DNA of 63,212 bases, counting the filler, from Octopus bimaculoides (taxonomy: Eukaryota): the NCBI RefSeq assembly GCF_001194135.2. It is 7 parts of 6 records of this genome, joined end to end, with 100 filler letters (N's around TTAATTAATTAA, not from the genome) between each part and the next. Parts side by side here need not be neighbours in the genome. Positions count along the whole stretch, not along the records: positions 18,491 to 39,301 come from NC_068982.1; 6 more parts are not named here. The stretch is one strand, 5' to 3'. Shown piece by piece: positions 23,631 through 38,260 of the stretch. Position 1 is the stretch's first letter. Each line of letters begins with the position of its first letter. A program made the translations under genes and the position numbers. The notes below the pieces were generated by a model. The model saw only the letters and a program-made list of their open reading frames with translations. It was not told the DNA's origin and searched no databases.

Positions 23631-25524
23631 TTGTTAAACGCCTGCGAAAAACTGTTTTNNNNNNNNNNGGGGGGGGGGGCGCGGATGGTCTTCATTTGAA
23701 GAATTCATTTTATTTGTTTACGTATGAAGAAAATATTTTCTTCATAAATTAAAGTCTTTTTCTCCCAAAAGGAGGCACATAATTCCATGTAGTTAATTAA
23801 TTACGCTTCTACGTAAAAGTTACATATTAAATAAAGAAATTTCAAATTGTTTCACTTGGTCAATACACATATTGGAGAGTGAGACGGAACACAACTGACT
23901 GACACAAATACAATAATGAAAGATAAAAAGTTAACTGGGAAAAATATCGAAAGACTGTTTTTTTTTTTAATACTCTAATAATTTTATCAATCTATTGCTT
24001 TTGAAGTTTGATTTGGGCACAAACCAAAGAATTTTAAAGTGAGTACGTTACTTGAAACAATCAATCCCAGTATTTAGACTGATAATTGATTTTATCGCCC
24101 TCTCGAAAGGATTTGTACTCAGAAAGTAAAGTCCCGGATCAAAGCCGAAATGTACAAAACCAAGACACGATAATGTTGTAAGAATGATTCATTGGGATGT
24201 CTGGCAAGTATGGATTGGATAGAGAAAAGACAAAGCAAGGGTAAACACCAGAGGAAGTAATCGAGAATAATAGAGTAAAGGTACTGTGGAATATAATGAT
24301 CCAATGTGATTATATATATTACATGCCCTGGTGATAACAATGTATCGAAAGAGAAGAGAAACATGTCAGATATGATGATTTGATGTAGGCGATAAAAAGA
24401 CTGTGGTAATTGAAGATGATGAGTGTTGTACTGGTCGTTGTAGAATCTCAGGGAACTATAATTACGATGCTCACAAACTAGATTGAAAACATAGGCGTTA
24501 ATGTGAAGATAGAGCAAGATAAAGGATAACATTACAAAGTTTTAACAAATGTAGTAGTTTAAGGTTTAGAAGGTAGGGAAAGAAACTCAACGTTTCGGAT
24601 GCTAGTCCTTCATTGGAAAAAGAAAGAACAGGAAAATATAAAGAAAGAGGAAAGTTGCTGATAAAGAAAGGTGGAAAATAGGTTGAGGGCAAAGCGTGAA
24701 TGCGATTCTATGGGAAGGAATCAAGAAGGGAGGAGAGGAAGCGGCTTGGTGCGTGCTCGTAGAGGAGGGTATCCAAGTGTAGTGGTATGTGTGCGTGTGG
24801 TGGTGTGAAGTGCGTTTAGAGTGAGTGTGTTTCCATGGGGTGTGTATAGGTGTGTGGAAATGTGTAGGTGCTGGAGCATAATGCCTAATAATCTATGGTC
24901 AAAATGCAAAACTTACACACCCACAAAACCCTGACTGCAATTTATGTCTTTGTTGATAATTTATATATATATCTTTATATATTAATGTATTTTCATATGT
25001 GTGAGTGTGGAAGAGAGAGAAAACAGACAGAAAGAGAGAGAGAGAGAGGGGGGGAGAGAGAAAGAGAAAATGTGTGTGTGTGTGTATGTATGTATTCTTG
25101 CGTTTGTTGTTTTCTAAATCTTCTTCTCACATGTCATACACTATAGACGCCTTTCATTTCCTAACTTGTTAGTGTCTATTGATGCTCGGTTTCACCCTTA
25201 ATTAACCCTCTTTGTCTAGGCGGCGCTGATGATGATGATCATCATCATCATGATCAGAATGATGACGATGACAATCATGATGATGATGTTGAAAATGATG
25301 ACACCACTTCATACAGAAATAATAATAATAATAATATATCTGCCTCCTAGGAACTCTCCAAAACGTTGGCACACCCTATTCTAATAACCTCATCCAAGGA
25401 AGTTTTGATTTCCCTTTGCCCCAGTTACACAAACCCCTCTATCTCTCTTTCTCTCTGGCACTTTCAGGCCCCCTTTCTCTCACTCTTTCTCTCTCTCTCT
25501 CTCTCACACACACACACTCACTCA

Positions 25525-25573
<49 letters not shown>

Positions 25574-25922
25574 NNNNNNNNNNNNNNNNNNNNNNNNNNN
25601 NNNNNNNNNNNNNNNNNNNNNNNNNNNNNNNNNNNNNNNNNNNNNNNNNNNNNNNNNNNNNNNNNNNNNNNNNNNNNNNNNNNNNNNNNNNNNNNNNNNN
25701 NNNNNNNNNNNNNNNNNNNNNNNNNNNNNNNNNNNNNNNNNNNNNNNNNNNNNNNNNNNNNNNNNNNNNNNNNNNNNNNNNNNNNNNNNNNNNNNNNNNN
25801 NNNNNNNNNNNNNNNNNNNNNNNNNNNNNNNNNNNNNNNNNNNNNNNNNNNNNNNNNNNNNNNNNNNNNNNNNNNNNNNNNNNNNNNNNNNNNNNNNNNN
25901 NNNNNNNNNNNNNNNNNNNNNN

Positions 25923-26245
25923 TTATTCTTTGTAAGCTTAGTACTTATTCTATCGGTCTCTTTTGCCGAACCACTAAGTTGCGGGGACGTAAAGACACCA
26001 GCATCGGTTGTCAAGTGATGTTGGGGGGACAAACGCAGACACGCAAACATATACACACACATACATATATATACATATATACGACAGGCTTCTTTCAGTT
26101 TCCGTCTACTAAATCCACTCACAAGTCTTTGGTCGGCCCGAGGCTATAGTAGAAGACACTAGCCCAAGGTGCCACGCAGTGGGACTGAACCCGGAACCAT
26201 GTGGTTGGTAAGCAAGCTACTTACCACACAGCCACTCCTACGCCT
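25923..26245 (-). mobile_element. tRNA-derived SINE family A (3' end lost in gap)
   Basis: Minus strand A box TGGCTGTGTGG (26224-26234) and B box GTTCAGTCC (26182-26190), then accttgggc.agtg (resembles the start of the CORE domain), an internal microsatellite and ..gatagaataagtact.agcttacaaagaataa. Confidence 0.88.
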
Positions 26246-27288
26246 ATATAAAATATTTTTTTTAAATCATATAAAACTATAATTCAAAATATGTGTCTAA
26301 GTTATATTACGGAATTGAAATGAATATTGTATTAGGACATGAGTCCCGTATCCAAGTTGTCTGAAATTATACATGCAAGTATTTAAAAACTGCTCCGAAA
26401 TTCCGTAGGTCTGAAATCCGCAATACTTTCTAAGACCACTCCTCCAATGGAATTTCGAATAAGGGATCCTCAACTAAATATGTAAGCGTATATATGTAAA
26501 TATATGTAAATATATGTAAATACTTACGAGTGTGTCAAATGATGCTCCTGTACTTTAAAATCGTAAAACTTAGCCATTCCATAATGATAGATCGATAATG
26601 AGAGATCGATAAAATATGTACGAAATCGAAATAAATCAGGGGCTGATATGTCGATATGATCAATGAATACTTTTGAATAGGATGCTCCAGTGTGAGTGCA
26701 TTCCAATCATAAAATAGCAAACAAGAAGATGTGTGAGTGTGTGTGAGTTTGTGTGTGTGTGTGTGCGCGCGCGTGTAATATCAATAAAATAAGGAAAACA
26801 TGCCATTTTGTGCCTCGTGTTCCGCACCTTAGCCTATCCCGTGGTTTGATGTCCCGCGATGTACCTCACTGGATATAAGAGTGGAATGTTGAACCTACGA
26901 CTGAGCTGAACTTCGGTCACATGTCGCGCTTCACAGCCCATATACATTATACACACACACCCGTGTATGTGTGCGTGCGTGCGTGCGTGTGTGTGTGTGT
27001 GTTTGTGTGTGTGGGGGGTGCATATATGTATTAGTTACTAGCAACGGGAGTAGTACTAGTTCTGAATAGCAATCAATATATCTTACTTAATAAACGTATT
27101 CTGTGACAAAGCCACAGTACTGTTGTATTCGTCTTGAGAAAGCAACTCTTATAGACGCATAGAGCTAAAAAGTACAGAAGTGTCAGTATACATAAATATA
27201 ACCTGGGCAGATTCAAAGCCGTAGCTTTAACTGAAGAACAGTCAACATCATCTATATTACATATATACATATCCATGTATATGTATAT

Positions 27289-27339
<51 letters not shown>

Positions 27340-28880
27340 CATGGAGGAAGTAATCACGCACTACAGCTGTTTCAAAAGGATCACAGGGTGCATATTACGT
27401 AACATTACAAATGTTTCATGGCCATCGGATGTCCTTTCTCAACGGGTGTATACAGCTATTCTGTTGGAAATTATTTGTATATGCAAAATTATTGCAATTT
27501 TCTGTCTGATCTCGATATGGGACGAAGTGTATTTCATGAATTGATAAATAACCTTTATTGATCCATTATCATTTCATTTGTGTTTTCTGTACAAGCCTTG
27601 TTGATGTTAGATGTTAACCAACGGTTTTTACCACGATCGATTGAGTGCTCCTACTACATGGTACATGTATGTATGTATATCTTTACATATATATGTGTGT
27701 GTGGGGGGGGTGTATGTGTGTTTGTTTGTGTATTTATGCATATATACAGTGCCGTCGCATGACTTTTAGAGGCCCCCTGCAACTTTTTGTTTCAAGGCCT
27801 CACCTATTCAATCAAAATTCATGATCTACGCACTTTTTATTCATAGCTATATTTTACTTTATTTTATCTGAAGTTCAGTTCAATATTTCACATTATCCTG
27901 AAGAACATCCTAAAAAGTACAATAGGTTAAATTTATTCGGGGCTGGAACTATCGTATTACTTCATATTTAGGAAGGCCAATATTTAATAGGGTTGAATAT
28001 TTATTCAATGGACTCACAAATATCAGAAGAGCATTTGAAAATAACTACTGTGAAGTATAGTTGTCAGAGCTTTTGTATGCGAAGTGGTTTATTCAAGAAC
28101 ATTAAAATGCAAAAAAAGAATTTCAGTCCAAAACAAAAGCAAACTATTTCAAATTATATATTTTTGAAAAATAGACGTAAATGTTCCCAAAGACTAGATA
28201 ACAGTCGAAAAAGCCTTTTTTTAAATTCTATATTACACTGTTAGCTGTTGCAATATTTCGATTGGATAGACAATACTACAATTCAAACTGTAAAGTCAAA
28301 ATACCAAAGATGCAAAATATGAAGAATTTCTTACTTTTCTCTGAAATCACAAATTCAAGGGTAAATAGTACCTGACAAAATAAAATAACTCGATCACAAA
28401 CTAGTTACTACTACAGAATTGAGATGTTTGGTGACAGTGAGCAAATAATATCTGTATTCCTATATATGTACATAGATAGATACACACACATACACACACA
28501 CACACAAACTTCTTTTTATTGCCTTAGGAGGTCAAAGGCAACTGATCCTGGGTACAAGGTGACCGGCTTTTCAACAATGCCAAATAACAACGCCATATAT
28601 ATATATATGTATATATATATGTATATGTATTTATTTTCTCTTAGTTAACAATTAACTCTGAGAAAATAAATTGGTTAATAGATACCTGGGTAGCAAATTT
28701 CACAAAATAACTTTGGTGTGACTCCTGTTTACGAGGTAGAAACTCCCTGTTAGATTGAGGTACTTTGATTAAATATAAAATATAATAAATGGAGTTATAC
28801 GCATGTGTTAAATTATTTCTTTTATTTCCATTTAACACATGCGTATAACTCCATTTATTATATTTTATATATATATATAC

Positions 28881-28916
<36 letters not shown>

Positions 28917-29016
28917 GAAGAGAAAAACGAGACAGACAGACAGACTAAGAGACGTGTGTGTCTGGTACACGTCTATCTATCCATCCATCTCTCTCTCGCT
29001 CTCGCTCTCTCTCTCG

Positions 29017-29112
<96 letters not shown>

Positions 29113-29574
29113 ATCTCTCTGACTGAGCTGGTCAAAGCCCTGTGAATGGACTTGTAGACGGAAACAGATAAAAGCCAGTCGTGTGTATGTATGATTATAA
29201 GTATATATCCCCACCTTTCATCACCATTGCTTCTTTTTCTTGTCTTTTCTGTTGAAGTTGTTATTTTCACTTTTTTGGGGATTTCTTTCATTTTTCTTTT
29301 ATCTCCCTACGGAATTCGTTGAAAAGCTTTTTTCATTTACTGTTTTTGTTTCTTTTACATTTATTTACGGTACACCCTCGTATTTTTTTCCTCGTCTGGC
29401 TTGAAATTTTCAGTTAACATTTTAATCAAAGTAAATAGATGGCTCATCTATGTACTTTGATCTTAATATGCGACCGCATGGGTTGCAGGGACTTAGCGAC
29501 GGCCCTGCATATATGTATACATATATGGCGCCTTTCAAGCCCCTGTACAGGTACTTTCTTTATTGAAAAGAAGA

Positions 29575-29685
29575 AAGTCATTGTTGACCACGGTGGGATT
29601 CGAACTCCGAGTGCAGTGAGTCGAAACAAATACCGCACTACAGTCTATCTAACATTCTAACGATTCTGTCAATCCGTTGCCTTTA
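29575..29685 (-). mobile_element. SINE family B head
   Basis: Reverse complement: aaggcaacggattgacagaatcgttagaatg..ggagttcgaatcccaccgtggtcaac. Confidence 0.6.
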
Positions 29686-29815
29686 TACGACGATATTGCA
29701 AAAGTGGGGATAAACTATTTATTAACTGACATAGGGCTTTCAAATAGCACATTGTTAAGGTAACTCTTGCTCTTTAGTAACCCCTCTTCCCATTCTTCTT
29801 CATTGCAGACAGATA

Positions 29816-30838
29816 ATGGGTTCCAAGAAGAAGCAATGAGCAGTCACTGAGCTCTTGACGCAGGAGAGTTGCCGGCCGTTCGACATCCACAGAAAGCTGT
29901 ACCATTGATAAAATCAATAAACACAGATGAATGATGTTCAAAATAGGATAAACCAACATTAGAGACAAGCCATGTAGTGGGGGACCAGCAACTGCGACCA
30001 CTGACACGAATCGCCACCGAGTGGACGGGTTGCTTAGCACGGACAGACGGGTCGCAATCTGTGAACTTGTTGCACGATTGAACTATTGTCGCATGCCTTA
30101 AAGGAGATAGTGAAGTTTAAGACTTTGGGTATCGGAAAGTGTGTGCTAAGTTGGCATCTACATAGCTGACACTCGATTTGAAGGAGAGAACAATGGAAGT
30201 CTACTCTGGTCGACTGGAATCCTTTGAAACCTATGAAGACACGTTTTATTTTTCCGATTTAATGACAAAGAGTGACACATAGGCATACATTATGGTACGA
30301 AAACAAAACGCTCTGACCATGGAATAGCACCTTGGAGAAGACGCTCCATCACCTAAGCAGTTCAAAATCCAGAGACCGGTTCAGAAAGTTATAGTGACTG
30401 TTTTGGTTGATAACAAAATATCGTTTTCTTTTATTTTCTAGAGCGTGGCTGCACCGTGAAAAGCAAGCTGAACATTGAGACACTCATAAAGGTTAGGAAA
30501 GACTTTAGGAGGAAGAGACCGAATAAAAATCTGAAAATTACCCACATTCTCGATGACAATATGCAACACATTTTTGGCAGTAAATCAGGTAGTTGGCAAA
30601 CTAGGCGGTCAGTGATCACTCTCCACCGTTACAACCTATATCTTGAGTTCTCCGACTTTTACTTCTTCGGTCCGATGAAGGATAGTCTTCGAGGACAGCA
30701 ATTTGATGGTACATACGAGGTGACAGTGACTGTGAAGAAGTGCGTACAACAATGCACACCCTAATATTTTTGTTGTGTCAACGCCCCCAGACGATGAAGT
30801 AGGCTAGCCCAATACGTAGATATAGAGGGAGAAGGCTA
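29816..30838 (+). mobile_element. mariner transposase pseudogene (heavily decayed)
   Basis: MGSKKKQ*AVTELL..DIHRKL; DKPCSGGP; LGYRKVCAK; PKQFKIQ..KVIVTV; LERGCTV; ILDDN; SDFYFFGPMKDSLRGQQF. This is the mariner motif order, with many stops and frameshifts. Confidence 0.8.
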
Positions 30839-33001
30839 GACGTCGTAGTAGTTGAGTGGAGGTCATCCGAACGTGCGATATAACAATTTTCAAAGACGTT
30901 TCGAGAGTTAGATCCATCGATGGCTCAGATGCATCGCTTGCGATGGAGACTATGTTGAGCAACACCTTCGTATAGATGTAGAGTTACTCCACTAACATGT
31001 ACAATTTGAGTGATCTTTGTCAGTTGATAAAAGAGTTATTCCCAATTTTGCATTACTTTCGAGACAACTCTCACATATACATATGTATGTATATTGCCTC
31101 AACTCCGCATTACTTGAAGCTTCTTAGACATAACTGAACGTCCAGCTCATCAGATGGCTGAGATTAAAGTGGAGAGGAATAATTATTGTTCCAAGTGAAA
31201 ATAGTTGTGAGCTTCCATAAGTCAATCCTAGTGACAACACTTTTTGATTTGTAGTTCCGCGTAGAAGTAGTGACAGCCTAGTGACTCCAGCTCGCCTGCT
31301 ACCTGGAAAACTTGCTACTGTTGACTCTTCATTAGCACTGCATTGAGATGTGTACCAGTTGTTGCTGTTCTACGGAGGAATATAAGCATTTTGCAGCTAA
31401 GGCTTCACAGGTAATCCTTTTCAACAACAATAAGCTAAACATAGCTCTTGAGATACTCTCTTCTTTCTTACCAGCAACATCAGAAGCTTGAAATACAGAC
31501 ATCACACTTAGCAATGTACAATTCACATAGAAAAACGAAACAATTGGCAGTTTTATACAATTCATCTACGTCATTCGGCGAACACAAGGTGGACATGTTA
31601 AAGAAAGCGGGAAGGGATACAAACATACTTAAAGCTCTCCTAGAAAGCACATTGTTAAAACAGAAAAAAACTTGTAACGATACTATACAAACAATATATT
31701 AGATACATCCTAAAATCATTCAACAGAAACAAACATAAAATAGATATACATAGATACGCGCATAGAAATTGACTGCAGCATCTATAAACGCTTTATAATT
31801 AAGCAGGGCCTCAGATGCACACACACTACCAATAAAAGAACGCTGAGTCGCATGTAGTTGTTCGGTCAAATACATAAGTTCTCTACATTAGCTTGACCAG
31901 AGCTGATCTGGAATTACAACAATAAAATAACTACATAGACAACATCTTTGTCATTCAGACTGCAGTTAACAACGATATCAAATTCATCACTGTCACCACC
32001 TTCATTACAAATAAAACCAATTGTATAAATAATAGACAAAACCCACCAGTCAAAATAGTAACCTAATATCCCTCAAATCCCACCACAGTGTCTTAAAATG
32101 GACGGACAGAATTTAGTCATACTTACATTATCCCTCAACACAACTAGGATAGTCAAGACTTGACTGTCTGTGAACCTAGGACTGCTCAGTAGAAGCTCAC
32201 TTAGAAATGAATAACAATAGTAGCCGGAAATTGAATTCTTAAAGTTTCTTTTCAGTTATTTTCTTTTTAATATAATGGAGCACAAAAGGAGAGATAAACA
32301 CCTTTCATCTCAACTTTGACCTTGGTCTCATTTTTTCATTACACACACACACACACACACACAAGCAACGAAGAAAAAATAAATACTCTAGTGTCCAATA
32401 AAATTAACATCATACTCACTCGCGAAACATTTAGGAACCAAAACAATTATTGCCTTACTCATCGAGGAACATCTATGCAGTCTTTTGAAGTGCTAGAAAT
32501 AGCAGCTAAAATTTCTCTCAAATTAAACCCTACCAGCTTTAGAGAAAGACAGATACAGTGGACAAAACTGCCATGCCATACGCTAGATCTAGTAAAAGTA
32601 TGAAGTGGTCAAGGTCGTCCTAGTATGCCTGGCAATAGGTCAGACGTATTAGAGCTGAAATGGCGCTAAATATAAACACCGACTACTCATACGAACACTG
32701 CTAAATCTCATTAACATAGAAAGTTAGCAGAATTATAACAATACTTATCCTTCATAAAAGCTGGAACAGAATCAGTATCACACATGTTCATACACAGAAA
32801 GTTCACTTATTCCTTAATACAACATACAACGGAGATTCTGACATCTACATTCACCCATTTACACGACTGATATATCTAGGCTAAAAGAGTGAATTGTAGT
32901 TTCAGGAACATCAAAAGCAACACAAAATTAAAACTTCCGCCTAGTCATAAACAAACTGCAAAGCACTTCCTTTAAAAAGAAAAGCCCACTAACTTGCAAC
33001 G

Positions 33002-33049
<48 letters not shown>

Positions 33050-33192
33050 NNNNNNNNNNNNNNNNNNNNNNNNNNNNNNNNNNNNNNNNNNNNNNNNNNN
33101 NNNNNNNNNNNNNNNNNNNNNNNNNNNNNNNNNNNNNNNNNNNNNNNNNNNNNNNNNNNNNNNNNNNNNNNNNNNNNNNNNNNNNNNNNNNN

Positions 33193-33557
33193 GCGGACTC
33201 GCAGTCATAGGATCGCGGTTTCGATTCCCAGACCGAGCGTTGTGAGTGTTTATTGAGCGAAGACACCTAAAGCTCCACGTGGCTCCGGCAGGGGAAGGTG
33301 GCGAACCCTGCTGTGCTCTTTCACCACACCTTTCTCTCACTCTTTCTTCCTGTTTCTGTTGTACCTGTATTTCAAAGGGCAAGCCTTGTCACACTGTGCC
33401 ACTCTGAATATCCCCGAGAACTACGTTAAGGGTACACGTGTCTGTGGTGTGCTCAGCCACTTGCACGTTAATTTCACGAGCAGGCTGTTCCGTTGATTGA
33501 ACCAACTGGAACCCTCGACGTCGTAAGCGACGGAGTGCCAACAACAACAACAACAAC
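33193..33557 (+). mobile_element. tRNA-derived SINE family C with (CAA)n tail (5' end in gap)
   Basis: B-box-like ggtttcgattcc at about 33216, a ~340-bp body, and the end cgacggagtgcc(aac)n. Confidence 0.75.
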
Positions 33558-34771
33558 ACAAAACAGCCACATAATCTCATAAATAGATGAGATCCAAGTA
33601 CCATAAATCTGGTTCCAAGACGAGCTAAAAGTAAAACTTGAATTATGCAATGTAAACAAGCTCTACAGTAAAAATCTAGCATATTTATAATATGGTCACC
33701 AAAACAAACAAAATAACAGTCTACCAGGTGTAAAAAAATGTGTAGAAAATGAATATGAAAACAAAAATTTGCGCAAACCTACATATACGTACCTTCGTCG
33801 TGATTGATAATTATTTGACGGCAACGATTCGAGAGAGGAAGGTATAATTTGGCTGCCTCTATGAAGAACTTGTGCAACAGACTTTCTTCATGTTGCGAAG
33901 TTATAAATAAATATATTGCAAGATATTGTTGCAGATATTTTGATCGAATTCCTGGCTTTTGGATCGATTCTTTTATGTCTCTCCAAAGTCTTTCAGTGTT
34001 TTGTTTATGTTTCTATGTGTGCTATCTTCAAAATTGTTAGAGCGAGGCATTTTCCCATCGCTGTTTCAATGTGGGCATATCACTGTTTGGTAACAACACT
34101 CTGTGTGAACGAAGGAACTCAACTGACTTTTGATCGTTACAATGAAAAGTGCTGATGCATTTATAGTAATCAAAATTAGAATTTTCACAAATATTGAAAT
34201 TCTCAATTCTAGCGCACTAGCTTTCAGATGTGACGATATCGAAAATGAAATGAAGGAGAGATTTCACGTAAACCTCTCCATGGCCTTTCGAACGGCATAG
34301 ATTGCGAGGATAAAGAAAAAAACGGATCGTGTGAATTTTCCGACAGTCCTCTCCCCACCTCTTCGGAAAAGATTTTCCTCGCAAATTTCTTTATAATTGT
34401 AATCTATGCCGTTTGCATGGTGTTTCTGTAAAATTTCACTAAAAGATAATTATTTTCCTGTAAGTTATGAGAGAAAAAATCGGATCGTATGAATTTTTCG
34501 AAAGTCCTCTCCCCACCATATTGCGGTTTATTGTTTAAGCTTACGTCGATTCCTCCGTGGTGTTGTTTTGCATTTATATTAAAATAAATATATACAAATT
34601 ATAAAAATAATTTTAAAAATATACAGTACAGCAGTTTCTATTTCGCGGATTTGTGCACATCACACAACTATTCACAACAAATATTCAAAATGAAAGACCA
34701 CTTGCACATTTGAAGGGCACACTTTGTTTAATTACATTTCAATCATACACACACACACACACACAGAATAA

Positions 34772-34915
34772 CCATCATCATCATTTAGTGTCCAAGTTTC
34801 AGGCTTGCATGGATTGGACGGTTTGACAAGGACTGCCCCGTGCTTCAGTGTTTGGGTGGTCATGGTTTCTACGGCTGAATGCCCTTGCTAACGCCAACCA
34901 CTTTACAGTATGTAC
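34772..34915 (-). mobile_element. RTE LINE 3'-terminal fragment
   Basis: (CAT)n tail followed by gtttctacggctgaatgcccttgctaacgccaaccact, as at 11-180 and 44815-45000. Confidence 0.65.
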
Positions 34916-35825
34916 AAGGAGTTTTGTTCGCAAGTCTACAAAATCCGAGAAGGGGATCCGCTTTTATGTTAGATAGGGATTAAGGTATGAAAGAATGGAT
35001 TAGGGTAGTGAAGGTTCTTGCTGCAGAGGATAGCTACACGGCAATTCACATTTTGGGGAGGTAATGAGAATGAATCAGTAGCTTCTCCGAAGAGATCACT
35101 AGTGGTGATGAAGTGTTTAGGAATCACCTCAAGGTACAAGATGAATCAAAGTGACTGAGGACAGATAACCTGGGATCGTGTGTCAGTGGAAGTTTACAAG
35201 AGTAAAGAGGGACAAGAGATAGAGAAAATGGGAAGGTGAAATCGCACAAAAATGGCGAAGTATATCAATGCGACTAACTAACATTTGTAAGCTTGAATAA
35301 CGCCCCTCTCGACAAAACAAAGGCATGGGGTATCTAAAACACAAAACCTTTGAATCGAGCATATATTGGTTCGATTAAGCTCTTTGCTAGATTGATAAAG
35401 CTGATCAAAAACAATAATAACAACAATAAATGCTAACCAACAAACATACAAAGACTACAATAATAATGATAATATTGGCAAAAGTATAAAATCCAAGTTA
35501 CATTTACTGACAACAGATCAAAATAATACCAATAATAACAACACCAACATCAAAAGCAATGACATTTCTTCGTAAATATTACACCTAGACAATCACCTTA
35601 TGCAAGTAGATGTGTCTCAGAAATTAAAGTAAAGGTAAGCAACATGTACGCAAACACACATCGATGCGTACATGCTCGCACATCACTGACGGCGTATTAC
35701 AGAAAGATCGATACAGGGAGCGATTAAAGAATACTACATACCCGCCCACGCGCACACATACCCCCACGCGCACACACACACGTGCACACGGACACATTCG
35801 CACACAAATATTTATATATACATGT

Positions 35826-35985
35826 CAGGGGCTTCTTTTAGTTTCTGTCCACTAAACCCATTCACAACGCTTTGTTCAGGCCGAGCCTTCTAGGAAAGGA
35901 CACCTGCAGACACCTGCTCAAGTTGTCACGCAGTGAGACTCAGCCCGGAACTATATGGTTGGGAAGCAAATTTCTTTCCAGACAA
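35826..35985 (-). mobile_element. SINE family A 5' half, diverged
   Basis: gggcttcttttagtttctgtcc..ctcaagttgtcacgcagtgagactcagcccggaactatatggttgggaagc aligns to 26085-26220. Confidence 0.7.
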
Positions 35986-36980
35986 TCACGTATATATGCA
36001 TTCATACAGGTACAAATACACACACATATATATGTATATATTTACACATATATAAACACACATATACATATGAATATTGATATATAATGTTTGCATATAT
36101 AAGCATACATATATATATATATAAACAAAATGTATATATATATATAGATACACACACACCTGTAATCATGTATATATTTACTATCACAGAAACAAATATA
36201 GAGACATCAAATATATTATTAAAGCAATGCCAAAATTCTTTATTATTGCAATCATGTCCTCCAATGCCGATTCTTGATTTATTGTTTATTCAAGTCAAAA
36301 TTGAGCACGTTAATAACATCACATATAATTTGTGTCAATATAAATATTTTATAAGGAATACTATAGGTGTAAGCATATTATTGAGTGCGATTTTCATTTG
36401 CTAAGGGCACATCAAGTAATTTGAGGTATCACTGGGTGTTATATATAACAGATTTTATAAAACCTTGTAGAAGTTCACATGCTGGCTTGTTACGATCGTA
36501 GATAATGAAGTATAACTTAACATGAAAAGTGGAAATGTAATAATGTGTTGGGGAAGTATATNNNNNNNNNNNNNNNNNNNNNNNNNNNNNNNNNNNNNNN
36601 NNNNNNNNNNNNNNNNNNNNNNNNNNNNNNNNNNNNNNNNNNNNNNNNNNNNNNNNNNNNNNNNNNNNNNNNNNNNNNNNNNNNNNNNNNNNNNNNNNNN
36701 NNNNNNNNNNNNNNNNNNNNNNNNNNNNNNNNNNNNNNNNNNNNNNNNNNNNNNNNNNNNNNNNNNNNNNNNNNNNNNNNNNNNNNNNNNNNNNNNNNNN
36801 NNNNNNNNNNNNNNNNNNNNNNNNNNNNNNNNNNNTATACGTATATGTATACATACATATCCATACATATACCATCACAAATACAATGAATGTAATTAAT
36901 AGTATATACATACATGGATACATTATATATGTAATATATTTACGTGGTATATTAATACTCACACACATGTGTGTGTGCGT

Positions 36981-37031
<51 letters not shown>

Positions 37032-37258
37032 ATTATCATATAAATACACACCCAAACACATATCTATATTAATTGGTATTAACAGGTTTACTAAAAATGA
37101 AACTTAGTTTCGTCAATGGAAGATAAACTTTGTAAGCGTGGGTGTGTGTATATGTGGACACACACACAAATATGTATGTATATATTCTTGAATGTTTGTA
37201 TGTAAGCGTATGTACACATAAAGGCAGTAGGTTATTCTGATCACATAGTGATGGGGTG

Positions 37259-37391
37259 ATCCTTCGGTATTAGTATACAGTGTCGGTAAAATGGACGACG
37301 TCATTCATCCTCTTTGTCAATCTAGCCGCTTTATCTATGTCAAGAGGGAAGGTCGTTCGGTGAATGACGTCGTGTACTAATACCGAAGGAT
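37259..37391. repeat. Imperfect fold-back (inverted repeat), about 133 nt
   Basis: atccttcggtattagtatac (37259-37278) pairs with gtgtactaataccgaaggat (37372-37391). acgacgtcattcat pairs with gtgaatgacgtcgt, and cctctt pairs with aagagg. Confidence 0.85.
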
Positions 37392-37553
37392 TGCTTTGTG
37401 AAGGAGTTGATTTTTGTAAGATAACAATAACCGGCTGATAATGCTGAAGATATAAAATTACCCCGAGTAGAGTTGGGGCCTGCTTCTCATAACAATAAAC
37501 GTTTGATAACATTACCTACGATTATAAAAATCAGAATTCACTGAATACACACA

Positions 37554-37597
<44 letters not shown>

Positions 37598-38009
37598 CAT
37601 ATACACCACACAAGTGCCAATGCACGGAACTGTGATTGATATATATATATATAAACAAGTGCAAAAGCACGAAACTGTGATCATACATACATACGTACAT
37701 ACATACATACATATATATATATATATANNNNNNNNNNNNNNNNNNNNNNNNNNNNNNNNNNNNNNNNNNNNNNNNNNNNNNNNNNNNNNNNNNNNNNNNN
37801 NNNNNNNNNNNNNNNNNNNNNNNNNNNNNNNNNNNNNNNNNNNNNNNNNNNNNNNNNNNNNNNNNNNNNNNNNNNNNNNNNNNNNNNNNNNNNNNNNNNN
37901 NNNNNNNNNNNNNNNNNNNNNNNNNNNNNNNNNNNNNNNNNNNNNNNNNNNNNNNNNNNNNNNNNNNNNNNNNNNNNNNNNNNNNNNNNNNNNNNNNNNN
38001 NNNNTATAT

Positions 38010-38064
<55 letters not shown>

Positions 38065-38070
38065 TGTATA

Positions 38071-38106
<36 letters not shown>

Positions 38107-38210
38107 CCATACGGAGAGAAACAGGAAGAGAAAGGCATATGCACATATGCAAGGGTACATTCAAATATACACACACACATGCACACACACACACACATGC
38201 ACACACACAT

Positions 38211-38260
<50 letters not shown>

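Noticed and set aside
27745-28400. Possible hAT-type element starting cagtgccgtcgca
   Set aside because: I could not find a matching right TIR, a TSD or a convincing transposase motif.
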